Assembly: GCA_965552135.1 (NCBI GenBank)
Contig: CBEVQY010000013.1
Coordinates: 1 to 61,986, forward strand
From: an uncultured bacterium
Lineage (GTDB): Bacteria > UBP14 > UBA6098 > B30-G16
DNA: 61,986 nt
Reading direction: 5' to 3'
Shown: positions 9,947 to 20,319 of the stretch, piece by piece
Layout: every line of letters begins with the position of its first letter
Position numbering within the stretch: position 1 is the first letter of the stretch
Notes under the pieces: generated by a model
What the model was told of the DNA's origin: nothing
What the model saw: only the letters and a program-made list of their open reading frames with translations
Database searches by the model: none
Program-made: the position numbers and the translations under genes

Positions 9947-11061
9947 AACCTCTTCTGAGCGAAAGGGAGCGTTTGCGGGAGTTTCCGATCACAGGCAGGC
10001 TCTGCTACCTAAACAGCGCCGGGACGGGGATAGTGCCCCAAAGCGCGCTTGAGGAGATGAGGAATTTCCTTCGCCGCTACGAGGGCGAGGGGATACGGCA
10101 CATCCCAAAAACCTTTGAGGTTTTGTCGCAGCTGCGCGAGCTTTTGGGAAGGCTTTTGGGAGCAAACCCCAAAAGGCTTGCGCTCACCTTCAACACCTCG
10201 CACGGACTCTGCATCGCCGCCTTTGGGCTACCGCTTGCGGAGGACGACGTTGTAGTCGTCGGCGCGGATGAGTTCCCCGCCAACTTCTACCCGTGGCAGA
10301 TGCAGCGTCGCCGCGGGGCGCGCGTGGTGGTCGCGAAGGAACCGAAACCCGAAGCCCTCTCTGTGGACGGCGCGAAGGTCATAGCCATCTCCTGGGTGCG
10401 GTACTTCGACGGTCTTCGCTACGATCTGAGCCGCTGCGCCGAAATCGCTCACAAGCGCCGCGCGATCCTCTGCGTCGACGGTATCCAGGGCGCGGGCGCG
10501 CTTGAGATCAACTTCGAGGCATCCGGCGTGGACGTGTTCGCGGCGGGCGGGCAGAAGTGGATGCTTTCGCCCTACGGAACAGGGGTGCTCTACGTCCGCG
10601 AGGGGGTCGAGCTTGAGCCGACCTTCTCCGGATGGCTCGCGAGGTTCTACGACGGCGACTTCTCGTCGCTGCGCCAGTACGACCGCCCCCTGCCGGATAA
10701 CTGCTCCGCATTCGAACTCGGAACGCTGCCGTACCACAACCTGTGGGCGATGCGACGCTCCACAGAGCTCCTGCTCCAACTCGGTCCCGCAGCCGTCGAG
10801 GAATACGTCGTCGGCTTGGCGCAAAGCTTTGCCCGCATGCTCGAGGAGCAGGGCTTTCGCCTCGCCGTGCCGGCGCGGGAGGTTAGGTCGGGCATAGTCG
10901 CCGCAGTCGTCCCGAAGCCAGAGGAGGCTTATCAAAGGCTTGCGCAACGGGGGATCATCTGCGCCCAAAGGGAGGGGCTTTTGAGGTTCTCGTTTCACAT
11001 TTACAACACCCCTGCCGACGCAGAGCGCGCAGCGAAAGCTCTGAAGGAGGTCGCAAGTTGA
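9943..11061 (+). CDS. PLP-dependent aminotransferase class V (cysteine desulfurase/EgtE-like)
   Basis: YLNSAGTG, VDGIQGAG, GGQKWMLSPYG (PLP lysine), RFSFHIYN; ATG at 9943 overlaps the upstream stop (ATGA). Confidence 0.85.
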   Translation: MKPLLSERERLREFPITGRLCYLNSAGTGIVPQSALEEMRNFLRRYEGEGIRHIPKTFEVLSQLRELLGRLLGANPKRLALTFNTSHGLCIAAFGLPLAEDDVVVVGADEFPANFYPWQMQRRRGARVVVAKEPKPEALSVDGAKVIAISWVRYFDGLRYDLSRCAEIAHKRRAILCVDGIQGAGALEINFEASGVDVFAAGGQKWMLSPYGTGVLYVREGVELEPTFSGWLARFYDGDFSSLRQYDRPLPDNCSAFELGTLPYHNLWAMRRSTELLLQLGPAAVEEYVVGLAQSFARMLEEQGFRLAVPAREVRSGIVAAVVPKPEEAYQRLAQRGIICAQREGLLRFSFHIYNTPADAERAAKALKEVAS

Positions 11062-11684
11062 GCTTGCCGAAGTTCTTTCTGGCGTCGTCGTCGCCGCGGC
11101 GCAGAGAGCTTTTGCGAAGAGTCGGGTTCAGGTTCGAGATCGTCGACCGCGAACCCCTCGACGAAACATCCTTTCCAAAAGCTGATCCCAAAGCCTTCGC
11201 AGAGCGCCTTGCCGTCGAAAAAGCCCTCCGGGCAAAGATCCCCGAAAACGAAAGGGGGATAGTCCTTGCGTTCGACACGATAGTCTACATCGACGGTGAG
11301 ATTTTGGGCAAGCCCCGCGACGAGGCTGAGGCGAAGCGCTTTTTGGCGCGCCTTTCGGGAAGATGGCACACCGTATTTACGGGCGTTGCGGCGCGCAGAA
11401 TCCCCGAGGGTGAGTTCGCCTCGGCTGTCGAAAGAACCGAGGTCCTTTTCTCAAAGCTCTCGCAGGCGGAGATCGACGCCTACGTCGCCTCCGGCGAGCC
11501 CTTAGACAAAGCCGGCGCATACGGAATACAAAGGCTTGGCGCGCTTTTGGTGGCAAAGGTCGACGGATGCTTTTACAACGTGGTGGGCTTGCCCCTTTTA
11601 TGCTTGACGAAAGTGCTGGAGAAACTTAACGTTAAGCGGTTGGAGCTGCTCGTCAACCTGCGACCGGAGGCTTTTGGTGCGTGA
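11058..11684 (+). CDS. maf: Maf nucleoside triphosphate pyrophosphatase
   Basis: LASSSPRRRELL, DTIV...ILGKP, DKAGAYGIQ, NVVGLP. Confidence 0.95.
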   Translation: MSLPKFFLASSSPRRRELLRRVGFRFEIVDREPLDETSFPKADPKAFAERLAVEKALRAKIPENERGIVLAFDTIVYIDGEILGKPRDEAEAKRFLARLSGRWHTVFTGVAARRIPEGEFASAVERTEVLFSKLSQAEIDAYVASGEPLDKAGAYGIQRLGALLVAKVDGCFYNVVGLPLLCLTKVLEKLNVKRLELLVNLRPEAFGA

Positions 11685-12678
11685 GCTTGGCGAATACCTC
11701 CGCCAGATGCGCCAGAACCGCGGCGTCTCGCTCGAGGAGGTTGCGGAGGCAACGAAGATAAACCTAAAATACCTCCGCGCCCTCGAGGAGGGGGAGTACG
11801 ACATCCTGCCGCCCGAGGTTTACGTCCGCGGCTTCCTCGCCGCCTACGCCGACTACCTGGGCATAGACCCCGAGGAACTCTACGCCCGCTACGAGGCAGA
11901 CCTCCCCAAGCGCCGTCGCCGCACGATCGCACCCAAGCCCGCAGCCTACGAAGAGTCCGCAAGGGTTAAGCCGAGCATCGGCGAGCTCTGGCAGTCGGCG
12001 AAGGCTATTCCCGTGGTGGTCTACGTCATAGCCGCGGTCGTTATAGTGGTCGGCGTTGTGCTTGTGGCTTCGCTTGGCGGTGGTGGCTCGCCGCCCGAGA
12101 CCGTCACGGAAGCCGTCTTGGGCGACACAACCCTCCAGCGCGCCGCTGCAGCACCCCTCGACGAAGACATCGCACAGGAAATCCGAATAACGATCGACAC
12201 CGTAAACGCAGCGCAGGCGCTGTCCATCGCAGAGTCGCTGACCTTCGTCGTAAGGGCGCGGGAGCCCGTGAACATCTACGTCGAGATCGACCACATCCAC
12301 AGAGCCTTCAAGGGGATGATGTATCGCGGTCAGCGCAAAGTCTGGCGGGTGAAGAACTCCCTCTACTTCGAGGTGAGCAACCCCTCCGCGCTCAGGATAT
12401 CGGTGAACGGCTTCGACCTCGCCCCCATAGAGGTCCGCCACCCGCAGGCGATAGAGATAAACAGGCAGAACGTTCTGCAGTACATAGCGGGGTATCAGCC
12501 CCCTCCGCCCGGCGTGAGTTCTGCGTACGGTCAGCGCATCGAAAGCGGCGTCGACACCGTTTTGGGTCCGCCGCCGGAGATCGTTCGCCATCGCCGCCGA
12601 CCCGCAAAAGCCGATACGGCAAAGACCCAGCCGAAGATAAAGCCTCCGCGGCTGCGACTGCGACCCAAAAACCAGTAA
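11674..12678 (+). CDS. rodZ: RodZ-like protein (XRE-type HTH, TM, DUF4115-like)
   Basis: LGEYLRQMR...YLRALEEG...YVRGFLAAYADYLG, one TM helix, periplasmic beta domain. Confidence 0.8.
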   Translation: MVRELGEYLRQMRQNRGVSLEEVAEATKINLKYLRALEEGEYDILPPEVYVRGFLAAYADYLGIDPEELYARYEADLPKRRRRTIAPKPAAYEESARVKPSIGELWQSAKAIPVVVYVIAAVVIVVGVVLVASLGGGGSPPETVTEAVLGDTTLQRAAAAPLDEDIAQEIRITIDTVNAAQALSIAESLTFVVRAREPVNIYVEIDHIHRAFKGMMYRGQRKVWRVKNSLYFEVSNPSALRISVNGFDLAPIEVRHPQAIEINRQNVLQYIAGYQPPPPGVSSAYGQRIESGVDTVLGPPPEIVRHRRRPAKADTAKTQPKIKPPRLRLRPKNQ

Positions 12679-12688
12679 GGGGGAACTT

Positions 12689-13444
12689 ATGCAACGGCAG
12701 CTTGCCTTCGCGATGCTTTTGGCGTCATTTGCATGGGGGAGGGCGTACGTCGTGGGCGGCGCAGCTATGCCACAACGAAAATGTACTCGATGCGCACTCT
12801 GGAGCATATCCACAACGCTCTCCTCCGCGTCGGTTTCGTCGCAGCTGGCGTTCAGATACTGCGCCCTCGAAATCTACGTAGGCGCAACTGCATCGGGCAC
12901 AAGCGACACCCTCTGGGCTACCGCCGAAAAATACAAAACCTACGCCGACACCCTCCAATACCTCGCCGAAGCCGACTCCTACTCCCTCGACCTCAAGACG
13001 TACCTAATCCAGCCCGAGGTGGGGGTAAGGCTATACCTCCTGCCGAGATCGAACGCGACGCCGTACCTGAACATCGGGGCTTTCTGGGTGATCCCGATTC
13101 TTTCCGGAAGTTACAGCGAAACCTTTATCCACTACGACAGCACCGGCGCGATTATAAGATACACGCAGAACACCTCCGAGGGTGAGCCCGAGGTCTCCAT
13201 CTCGGGGCTTTACGAGATAGGCTTTCATCTGGGCGTTGGGGCGCAGTACAGCCCGAGCGAGCATTTCGCCGTCTTCGGTGAGCTCGGTTTTCGCGCCATA
13301 CTGGGCGGCGCGAAGGTGAAATACGACTACCTCCGCGAAATCGGCGCAGAGCGCTTTGTGAACGAAAGGCACCTTTGGAGCGGCGGCGCAAAGGCGCAGG
13401 CATTCTCAACGGCGGGATACATCGGCGTGCGGTTCTACTGGTGA
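12689..13444 (+). CDS. Putative outer-membrane beta-barrel protein
   Basis: Signal peptide; amphipathic strands; C-terminal YIGVRFYW. Confidence 0.65.
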   Translation: MQRQLAFAMLLASFAWGRAYVVGGAAMPQRKCTRCALWSISTTLSSASVSSQLAFRYCALEIYVGATASGTSDTLWATAEKYKTYADTLQYLAEADSYSLDLKTYLIQPEVGVRLYLLPRSNATPYLNIGAFWVIPILSGSYSETFIHYDSTGAIIRYTQNTSEGEPEVSISGLYEIGFHLGVGAQYSPSEHFAVFGELGFRAILGGAKVKYDYLREIGAERFVNERHLWSGGAKAQAFSTAGYIGVRFYW

Positions 13445-13502
13445 TCCGCTGGGCGACGCAAACCCTGCCCCAAAAGCCACATCCAACAAAGACCGGCGCG
13501 GG

Positions 13503-14861
13503 CTAAAGTATAAACCTCGAAAGGTCCTCGTCGGCGGCGATTGCGGCAAGCTTTTTGCGCACATAGCGCCTTGTTATCTTAAACTTCCGCGGGGCGATAT
13601 CGGGCGCCTCGAAGAGGAGGTCCTCAAGGAGTGTGCTCATCGCCGTGTGGAGCCTGCGGGCGCCTATGTTCTCCGTCTTGCGGTTCACCTCGTCGGCTAT
13701 GCGCGCTATCTCGTCTATCGCGCCCTCGGTGAACTCAAGCTCTATCCCCTCGGCGGCAAGGAGGGCGGTGTACTGCTTCACGAGGGAGTTTTCCGGCTCG
13801 ACGAGTATGCGCCTGAAGTCGTCGACCGTAAGGGGCGAAAGCTCAACCCGTATCGGGAACCTGCCCTGCAGCTCGGGTATAAGGTCCGATGGGCTCGAGT
13901 TCGAGAAGGCGCCGGCGGCGATGAAGAGTATGTGGTCGGTCCTCACGACGCCGTATTTGGTCATAACGCTCGTTCCCTCCACGAGCGGCAGGAGGTCGCG
14001 TTGAACGCCCTCGCGCGAAACGTCGGGACCGACGCCACCCTCGGAGCCAACGATCTTGTCGATCTCGTCGATGAAGATAATGCCCGCCTCCTGCGCCCTC
14101 ACCTTCGCTATCTCGACGACGCGGTCCATATCGAGCATCTTCTCGATCTCTTCCTGCAAAAGCTTCTCCTTTGCCTGCGCAACGGTCAGCCGCTGCTTCT
14201 TGCGCTGCTTTACGCCGAGCATATCGTCGAGTATCTGGAAGTTTATCCCTATCTCCTCAGCCCCCGCCTGCGATATCACCTCGAAAGTCTTAAAAGGCGA
14301 CGTAGAGACGTCGATCTCGACCATCGCGTCGTCGAGGGCGCCCTGCCTGAGCTGCTCGGCGAGCTTGCTTCTGGTGCGGTAGTAGCTTTCGTCCGACGTT
14401 CGCGCCGAGGGCGGAAGGAGGGCATCGAGCAGGCGCTCGAAGACGTTTTTGCGAGCCTGATCCTCTATCTTTGCCGCCTCCTCCGCCTTCACGATGTCCA
14501 CCGCAACCTGAACGAGCTCGCGAACCATGCTGTCAACATCCCTGCCGACGTAGCCCACCTCGGTGAACTTCGACGCCTCGACCTTGACGAAAGGAGCACC
14601 CGCAAGCTTCGCCAGCCTGCGCGAAATCTCCGTCTTCCCGACCCCCGTCGGACCGACCATGAGGATGTTGTTCGGCAGGATCTCGTCCCTGAGGGGCTTG
14701 GGAACGTGCGCCCTCCGCCAGCGGTTACGGAGCGCTATCGCCACGGCGCGCTTCGCCGCATCCTGACCGATGACGTACTTGTCGAGCTCCGCAACGATCT
14801 GACGCGGCGTCAACCGCATCGCCCGAAGCAAAACCTCGTCTGTTATGCCAAGATCGCTCAT
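13503..14861 (-). CDS. hslU: ATP-dependent protease ATPase subunit HslU
   Basis: [42 protein letters not shown]-terminal DLSRFIL. Confidence 0.97.
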   Translation of the reverse strand: MSDLGITDEVLLRAMRLTPRQIVAELDKYVIGQDAAKRAVAIALRNRWRRAHVPKPLRDEILPNNILMVGPTGVGKTEISRRLAKLAGAPFVKVEASKFTEVGYVGRDVDSMVRELVQVAVDIVKAEEAAKIEDQARKNVFERLLDALLPPSARTSDESYYRTRSKLAEQLRQGALDDAMVEIDVSTSPFKTFEVISQAGAEEIGINFQILDDMLGVKQRKKQRLTVAQAKEKLLQEEIEKMLDMDRVVEIAKVRAQEAGIIFIDEIDKIVGSEGGVGPDVSREGVQRDLLPLVEGTSVMTKYGVVRTDHILFIAAGAFSNSSPSDLIPELQGRFPIRVELSPLTVDDFRRILVEPENSLVKQYTALLAAEGIELEFTEGAIDEIARIADEVNRKTENIGARRLHTAMSTLLEDLLFEAPDIAPRKFKITRRYVRKKLAAIAADEDLSRFIL

Positions 14862-14870
14862 AGCAAACAA

Positions 14871-14898
14871 AAGATATTAGCCCCCACGCGCAGGTCAA
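14871..14898 (-). promoter_or_regulatory. Putative sigma70 promoter for hslU
   Basis: Minus strand TTGACC, 16 bp, TATCTT ending 10 nt before the ATG. Confidence 0.45.
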
Positions 14899-14912
14899 GC
14901 CCGCTTTGGCGG

Positions 14913-16595
14913 CTAAAACTCCCGCATCGTCATAGCCGTTGCGCCAAGCTTTAGAGGGACGAAGGTCGCCGCGCCGTTGACCAAAACCAAAGCCAAAACC
15001 GAAAGAAAAACCTCCACGTCCGAAAAGCCGTAGCCGAAGCTAAGGTGTGAGGTATACCTATACGTCGGCACGGCGATTATAACAACCGTAAGCCCCACGT
15101 AGATGAGGGAAAGAAGCGCCGCTATCATCCCGCCGCCGGAGGAGGCTATGCGCATGGGGTTGAGCTCCTCGAAGTTCGGAAAGATTATCCCAAGCCCAAC
15201 GTTAAGGCTGACAAGCGAAACGCTCATAAGGAAGATGCCCACGGCGGTAAGCACAACCATCTGAGGGCTTTGGGAGAGGATCCCGTTCGAGACGACGGCT
15301 ATGACCTCAGCGATGACGAAAAACACCAAAAAAGCCAAGGCGAACTTCTCCCAAAAAAGCCTCTTTACCGGAAGGGGGGAGGATATTATCGACCAAAAGC
15401 TTTTGCCCTCCATGCTTATGGCAGGATAGACGAACCTCACCGAAAGGGTTGCCAGGACGTATCCGCAGAACGCGAAGTTCACAAACGAGATCACCGTTTG
15501 CCACAGGTGGCTTTCGACCTTTGTGGGTACGTAGCGCAGATTCGACAGATACACCGCAAGCAGCACCAAAAGCACGGCGAACTGCGACCACTGGTTGGGG
15601 TCCCGAACGAAGAGGCGGACGTCCTTCACCAAAAGCGCCCTCATGTCCCTCGGGAAGGGCGAGAAGATGCGCCAAAGTCTTGAGGCGACTATGGAGCGCG
15701 GCTTTCGCGCCCTGCGACCCGCAAGCATCGAAGCAGCCTCAAAGGCGGGGTAATAGAGCCTTCGGGCGAAAAGGTCGGTCAAAAACCAGCCGAAAACCGC
15801 CGACGAAAGAAGCGCAGACGTAAAGACAAAGGCGGACCGCCACTCCCCCAGCCTGACCAACCTGAGCGCCTCGGAGAACCAGATGTGGGGGAAGAAGGGA
15901 TACTTGTAGCTCCCCAGCTGTCGCAGGTAGTAGTTGAGCAGGGAGAGGTCCCCCATTACGTTGAACATGAGCCCGCCCGCGAGGTTCGTTTTCACGTAGA
16001 AGAACACCAGCGCCACCGCAACGACCACAAGCGCAAGGACCGCCCTGCGCATCGAGAACCGCTTTGCCGCAAGGAAAAGGACCATCGCAAGCACAGCGCC
16101 GAGGTAAGCTGGGATCACAAGCACAGCGCCCAAAAGCACCGCCGCCCACAAAACCTGCCAGAAAGGCATCCTGTGCACAACAACGTACGCAAGCACCATA
16201 GGAAGACCAACGACCGCCGTCGCCCACGTCGAGTAGAAGAAGTTGTCCAGAAAGCGCGCCCAGAAGATCTGGTTGTGCGCAAGAGGCGTGGACATAAGGT
16301 ACTCCGTCTCCGTCGAGCGGAAGAGGGTCGAAATTGAGCTCACAAGGTTGCTTATCACAAGCATCGCGAAGAAAGCCAGAAAGCCTATGGAGATGAGTCT
16401 GTCGATAAGTATGTTTCCAATGCTCTGGACGGTAACCAGATAGGCGAAAATGCGCCTGAAAAGCTCATAGGCTCCCGCAAAGAACCCTCCGAGCACAATC
16501 AAAGCCACCACAACCTTCGCCCAGTGCTCCAACCCCCTGCGAACCACAAGGCGCCAAAGGAGCTTGCGCTTCGTGTGTAGAATGAGATGTCTCAA
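14913..16595 (-). CDS. Putative ABC exporter permease (multi-TM)
   Basis: About 12 hydrophobic segments; KDVRLFVRDPNQWSQ; SMEGKSFW. Confidence 0.75.
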   Translation of the reverse strand: MRHLILHTKRKLLWRLVVRRGLEHWAKVVVALIVLGGFFAGAYELFRRIFAYLVTVQSIGNILIDRLISIGFLAFFAMLVISNLVSSISTLFRSTETEYLMSTPLAHNQIFWARFLDNFFYSTWATAVVGLPMVLAYVVVHRMPFWQVLWAAVLLGAVLVIPAYLGAVLAMVLFLAAKRFSMRRAVLALVVVAVALVFFYVKTNLAGGLMFNVMGDLSLLNYYLRQLGSYKYPFFPHIWFSEALRLVRLGEWRSAFVFTSALLSSAVFGWFLTDLFARRLYYPAFEAASMLAGRRARKPRSIVASRLWRIFSPFPRDMRALLVKDVRLFVRDPNQWSQFAVLLVLLAVYLSNLRYVPTKVESHLWQTVISFVNFAFCGYVLATLSVRFVYPAISMEGKSFWSIISSPLPVKRLFWEKFALAFLVFFVIAEVIAVVSNGILSQSPQMVVLTAVGIFLMSVSLVSLNVGLGIIFPNFEELNPMRIASSGGGMIAALLSLIYVGLTVVIIAVPTYRYTSHLSFGYGFSDVEVFLSVLALVLVNGAATFVPLKLGATAMTMREF

Positions 16596-17189
16596 CTACC
16601 CCTCCCCCTTCACGACTCTGCCTGCGGATATGAGCCCATCCAGCGTGCTTATGCCCTTCACTCTGAGCAGGGGCACGATTTTGGCGAAGACCTTGGCCAC
16701 AAGGAGCGCATCCTGGAGGGCGTTGTGGAAGTCGTCCTCGACGGTGATCCCCACGCGCCTTGCCATCGAGCGAAGCGAAAGAGAGCGCTGGTCGGGGAAG
16801 GCAACCTTAAAAAGCTTTGCCAGGTCAAGAGCCCAGTCTGCGGGCGGATCACCGCCCACAAGCTTTGCGGCAGACCACATAAACGCAAGGTCGACCGAGG
16901 GGTTTTGCCCCAAAAGCACCCTGCCGCGGGCAAGCCTGAAAAACTGCGTCATAGCGATCTCGGCGGGTGGGGCGTCCCAGAGATGGTTGCCGTCTATGCC
17001 GTGAACGCGCTTGCTTGCAGAGCGAACGATGGTGTAGGGCTGCACGGGGGTGAAGAAGTAATCGCCGTCGGGGTTTGGTCCCAGAAGCGGGATGGCGCCG
17101 ACCTCGATTATCGAATCCTCACCGGGCGAAAGCCCCGTCATTTCGAAGTCGAAGGCGAGGAACCTCGTTTTCGCGATGTCGACGACCAT
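16596..17189 (-). CDS. DEDDh 3'-5' exonuclease (DnaQ-like)
   Basis: ExoI AFDFEMTG, ExoII GQNPSVD, ExoIII HNALQD. Confidence 0.85.
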   Translation of the reverse strand: MVVDIAKTRFLAFDFEMTGLSPGEDSIIEVGAIPLLGPNPDGDYFFTPVQPYTIVRSASKRVHGIDGNHLWDAPPAEIAMTQFFRLARGRVLLGQNPSVDLAFMWSAAKLVGGDPPADWALDLAKLFKVAFPDQRSLSLRSMARRVGITVEDDFHNALQDALLVAKVFAKIVPLLRVKGISTLDGLISAGRVVKGEG

Positions 17190-17983
17190 AAGCCACCTTC
17201 CTCGCGCTTGCGCGCAGATGTGCCAACAGCCCCCGGGAGCAAAAGCTGCTCGGCAGGTGTAAAAAACTGCCTGTACGCGAGGGACGTGCTTATAAACGAA
17301 GCCAAAGCCGGCGCGCCAATGACTATGTTCATTATAACGATCTGGAACTTAGCCGCCTCAAGCGGCGACGCGCCGGCGAGTATCATCCCCACCATCGCGC
17401 CCGGCATCTGAATTATCCCCGCAACACGGACTATGTCAAGCCTCGGGATCATAGCAAGCCTCATAGCACGTTTTACCACACGAGCCACTGCGACCGAAGG
17501 CGGCTTTCCGAGGGCAAGCGCAACCTCGATGCGCTCCCTCTCGTCGTAAATCCCCTCCCTAAGCCTTATCAGCGAAACCGCAACGGCGTTCATGCTGAAC
17601 CCTATGGCCATGCCGGCTATCGGGATGATGTACATCGGCTTTGGCGACACGATCCCCGCCGCAAGCAGGAAAGCCACCGTAAAGACGACCGTGACAAGCA
17701 TTGCGGCGAGGCACACAAGCCGCGCCCGCGGGATAGCCTTCGCCCTGCCGCCCGCAGTAAAGGCGCCTATGAGCGTCATCGCAAGCATCATGCCCCCCGT
17801 CCAGGCAAAGCTATCCCTGGCAAATATGAACCGAAGCACAAAACCAACAAGCACAAGCTGCACGAAGGCTCTCACCGCAGCCTCGATGATATCGCGCTCA
17901 AGCTTAAGCCTTACGGCGCCCGATATCGCAAGCGCAACGGCAACAAAAGCCGACGACAAGGCTATGTCGACGTACGATATCAC
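17138..17983 (-). CDS. UPF0014/FetB-like ABC permease
   Basis: RAFVQLVLVG, IIPIAGMAIG, MPGAMVGMILAGASPLEAAKFQI. Confidence 0.85.
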   Translation of the reverse strand: MISYVDIALSSAFVAVALAISGAVRLKLERDIIEAAVRAFVQLVLVGFVLRFIFARDSFAWTGGMMLAMTLIGAFTAGGRAKAIPRARLVCLAAMLVTVVFTVAFLLAAGIVSPKPMYIIPIAGMAIGFSMNAVAVSLIRLREGIYDERERIEVALALGKPPSVAVARVVKRAMRLAMIPRLDIVRVAGIIQMPGAMVGMILAGASPLEAAKFQIVIMNIVIGAPALASFISTSLAYRQFFTPAEQLLLPGAVGTSARKREEGGLWSSTSRKRGSSPSTSK

Positions 17984-18690
17984 CTTCTCCCGTCAAGCTC
18001 ACCTGCGACGAACCGCCTGACGAGCTCGTCGTCCGTGGTCCCAAGCTCCTTTGTGCTCCCTACCCAGTGAACCTTCCCGTCGTAAAGCATAGCCGCGCTG
18101 CCCTCAAATCTCATCGCCTGGGCAACGTTGTGGGTCACGCAGATTATCGAAACATCCCGAACGAGCTTGCGCAGGAGGTCCTCTATTATCCCTGTCGCCG
18201 TTGGATCGAGTGCGGATGTTGGCTCGTCCAGGAGGAGGACCTCGGGCTTTGTTGCCAGCGTTCTTGCCAGGCAAACCCGCTGCGCCTCACCCACCGAAAG
18301 CTCGTCGCTGCGCCTGAAGGCATACTCCGCGCCAAGCGCAACCGACTCAAGCAGGGCGAAAAGCTCGTCATCGCTTATGCGCGGCGCGGCAAACCTGATG
18401 TTGCCCGCAACGGTGCCGTCGAAAAGCACAGGCTTTTGGAAAACCATCCCAACCCTGCGGCGAAGAAGACGGACAGGGTAACTCCGAAGGGGCTTTCCGT
18501 CGAGCAAGATCTCGCCGCGCAAGGGATCGAGCAGGCGATTGAGCAGCCGAAGGAGGGTGGATTTGCCGCAGCCCGAAGGTCCCACAACGACGAAAAAACC
18601 GCCGGGGATCTCAAGCTCCACCCCCCTTAAAACGACCTCATCACCATAGCCCGCCCAAACGTTATGCAAAACGAAGCGGGGCATGCTCAC
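17980..18690 (-). CDS. ABC transporter ATP-binding protein (FetA-like)
   Basis: Walker A GPSGCGKS, signature LSVGEAQR, Walker B LLLDEP. Confidence 0.9.
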   Translation of the reverse strand: MSMPRFVLHNVWAGYGDEVVLRGVELEIPGGFFVVVGPSGCGKSTLLRLLNRLLDPLRGEILLDGKPLRSYPVRLLRRRVGMVFQKPVLFDGTVAGNIRFAAPRISDDELFALLESVALGAEYAFRRSDELSVGEAQRVCLARTLATKPEVLLLDEPTSALDPTATGIIEDLLRKLVRDVSIICVTHNVAQAMRFEGSAAMLYDGKVHWVGSTKELGTTDDELVRRFVAGELDGRR

Positions 18691-19310
18691 TGCGTAGAAT
18701 AATCCACAAGCTGCATGTCGGTGGAATCCTCATCGGACACCGAAACGATCCTCACGGGACCGACGCCATCGGCAAGCCACGTGCGGATCGTCGCGCCGTA
18801 GACGGAGGACTCCACGACCAAAAGCTCCCTGAAGCAGCTGAAGGTCCCCGCCGGGACCGTGACGTCCTCCTGACATTCGACCTCGCCGCTTGCCTCGACG
18901 ACGAAAAACGCCGCAGTATCGCTGCAACTCCACGTGGCGCCAACCTCAGGATCCACAGGCGAAACCATAAGCTCAAGCGGAATCCCCTCCAAAAAGTAGG
19001 TCACGTAAACGAAGTAGTCGTCCTTCCTGTAGTACGCCGAGTCGTAGGTGGTGTCGCTTGTGGGGGTGAGCATCACGAACCAGTCGAGGGAGTCGTACGT
19101 GGTGACATGATCTATCGTTTGGGTTTGCGTGTACGTCGTTTCTGCTCCCGCGGTGTCGACGCTGTAGACGGAAAACGTCCAGCTGTTGCCCAGAGCGAGG
19201 GGGAAGTAGTCGTGCTCGACCTCCTCTCCCCCACCACCCTCCTCCTTCGAGCATCCCAAAAGCGCCGCAAAAGCCGCCAAAGCCACAAAAGCCCAGAAGG
19301 CGCGCCTCAT
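18687..19310 (-). CDS. Lipoprotein of unknown function
   Basis: Lipobox LLGC; DYFPLALGNSWTF, VTVPAGTF.C, WLADGVGPV. Confidence 0.75.
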   Translation of the reverse strand: MRRAFWAFVALAAFAALLGCSKEEGGGGEEVEHDYFPLALGNSWTFSVYSVDTAGAETTYTQTQTIDHVTTYDSLDWFVMLTPTSDTTYDSAYYRKDDYFVYVTYFLEGIPLELMVSPVDPEVGATWSCSDTAAFFVVEASGEVECQEDVTVPAGTFSCFRELLVVESSVYGATIRTWLADGVGPVRIVSVSDEDSTDMQLVDYSTQ

Positions 19311-19335
19311 AAAAGACCACCTCCTGCGTTGTTCC

Positions 19336-19375
19336 TTGACTGGTGAAATCTACTCCTTATATTTTCGGAAGTCAA
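19336..19375. promoter_or_regulatory. Overlapping divergent sigma70 promoters
   Basis: Plus: TTGACT 19336-19341, 16 bp, TATATT 19358-19363. Minus: TTGACT 19375-19370, 17 bp, TAGATT 19352-19347. Confidence 0.6.
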
Positions 19376-19380
19376 GAGGG

Positions 19381-20319
19381 ATGCTTGTGAGAAGGGCGCT
19401 TGTTACAGGTGGAGCGGGCTTTTTGGGATCGCATCTTGTGCGCGAGCTCGAGGCAGAAGGGGTGGAGGTGGTCGTCTTAGACGACCTCTCGAGCGGTCGA
19501 AGCGAAAACCTCTCGGGCACGAAATCCAGGCTCGTTGTGGGGAGCGTAGAGGACGACGAGCTTTTGCTTGAGTGCTCCGCAGGATGCGACACCGTCTTTC
19601 ACCTCGCGGCGGTCGCCTCCGTTCCCGAGGCGGAGGAGAACCCTGCGCGCTGCAGGAGGGTCAACGTCGAGGGGACGGAGAAGGTCCTTGCCGCTGCCGA
19701 AAGAAACGGGGTAGAAAGGGTCGTTTTCTTCTCGTCCGCCGCCGTCTACGGCGAGCCGGCGGAGCTGCCGCTCAAAGAAACCTCACCCACAAATGCCATA
19801 AGCGTCTACGCCGAAAGCAAGCTTGCGGGCGAGGGGATGTGCCTGTCGTGGTCCGAAAGGACGGGCGGGCAGACGGTAGTCGCGAGGATCTTCAACGGCT
19901 TCGGTCCCAGACAGAGAGCCGACACAAGCTATGCGGCTGTAGTGTCGAGGTTCTTGACCGCGGCGCTTAGCGGAAAGCCGCTGCCCATATTCGGCACAGG
20001 AAAGCAGACGCGCGACTTCATATTCGCCAAAGATGTCGCAAAGGCTGTGCTCCATGCGGCAGAAAGTGGGTTTTGCGGCGTTGTGAACATCGCAAGCGGG
20101 AAGGAGACCTCTGTCCTACAGCTCGCGCAAGCCGTAATGTCCGTCGCAGGCGAAGAGCTTGAGCTCAAGTTCCTGCCGCCGCGAAAGGGCGACATAGCCC
20201 GCTCGGTTGCCGATATCTCCCTCCTGCGCTCCCTCGGGTTCGAACCTCGCACACCGCTTCTGGAGGGACTGAGGGTAACGTTTGAGGCGCTCGCCAGGGA
20301 AAGCTATGCAAAAGCTTAG
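19381..20319 (+). CDS. NAD-dependent epimerase/dehydratase
   Basis: TGGAGFLGS, SSAAVYG, YAESK (YxxxK), QTRDFI. Confidence 0.9.
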   Translation: MLVRRALVTGGAGFLGSHLVRELEAEGVEVVVLDDLSSGRSENLSGTKSRLVVGSVEDDELLLECSAGCDTVFHLAAVASVPEAEENPARCRRVNVEGTEKVLAAAERNGVERVVFFSSAAVYGEPAELPLKETSPTNAISVYAESKLAGEGMCLSWSERTGGQTVVARIFNGFGPRQRADTSYAAVVSRFLTAALSGKPLPIFGTGKQTRDFIFAKDVAKAVLHAAESGFCGVVNIASGKETSVLQLAQAVMSVAGEELELKFLPPRKGDIARSVADISLLRSLGFEPRTPLLEGLRVTFEALARESYAKA

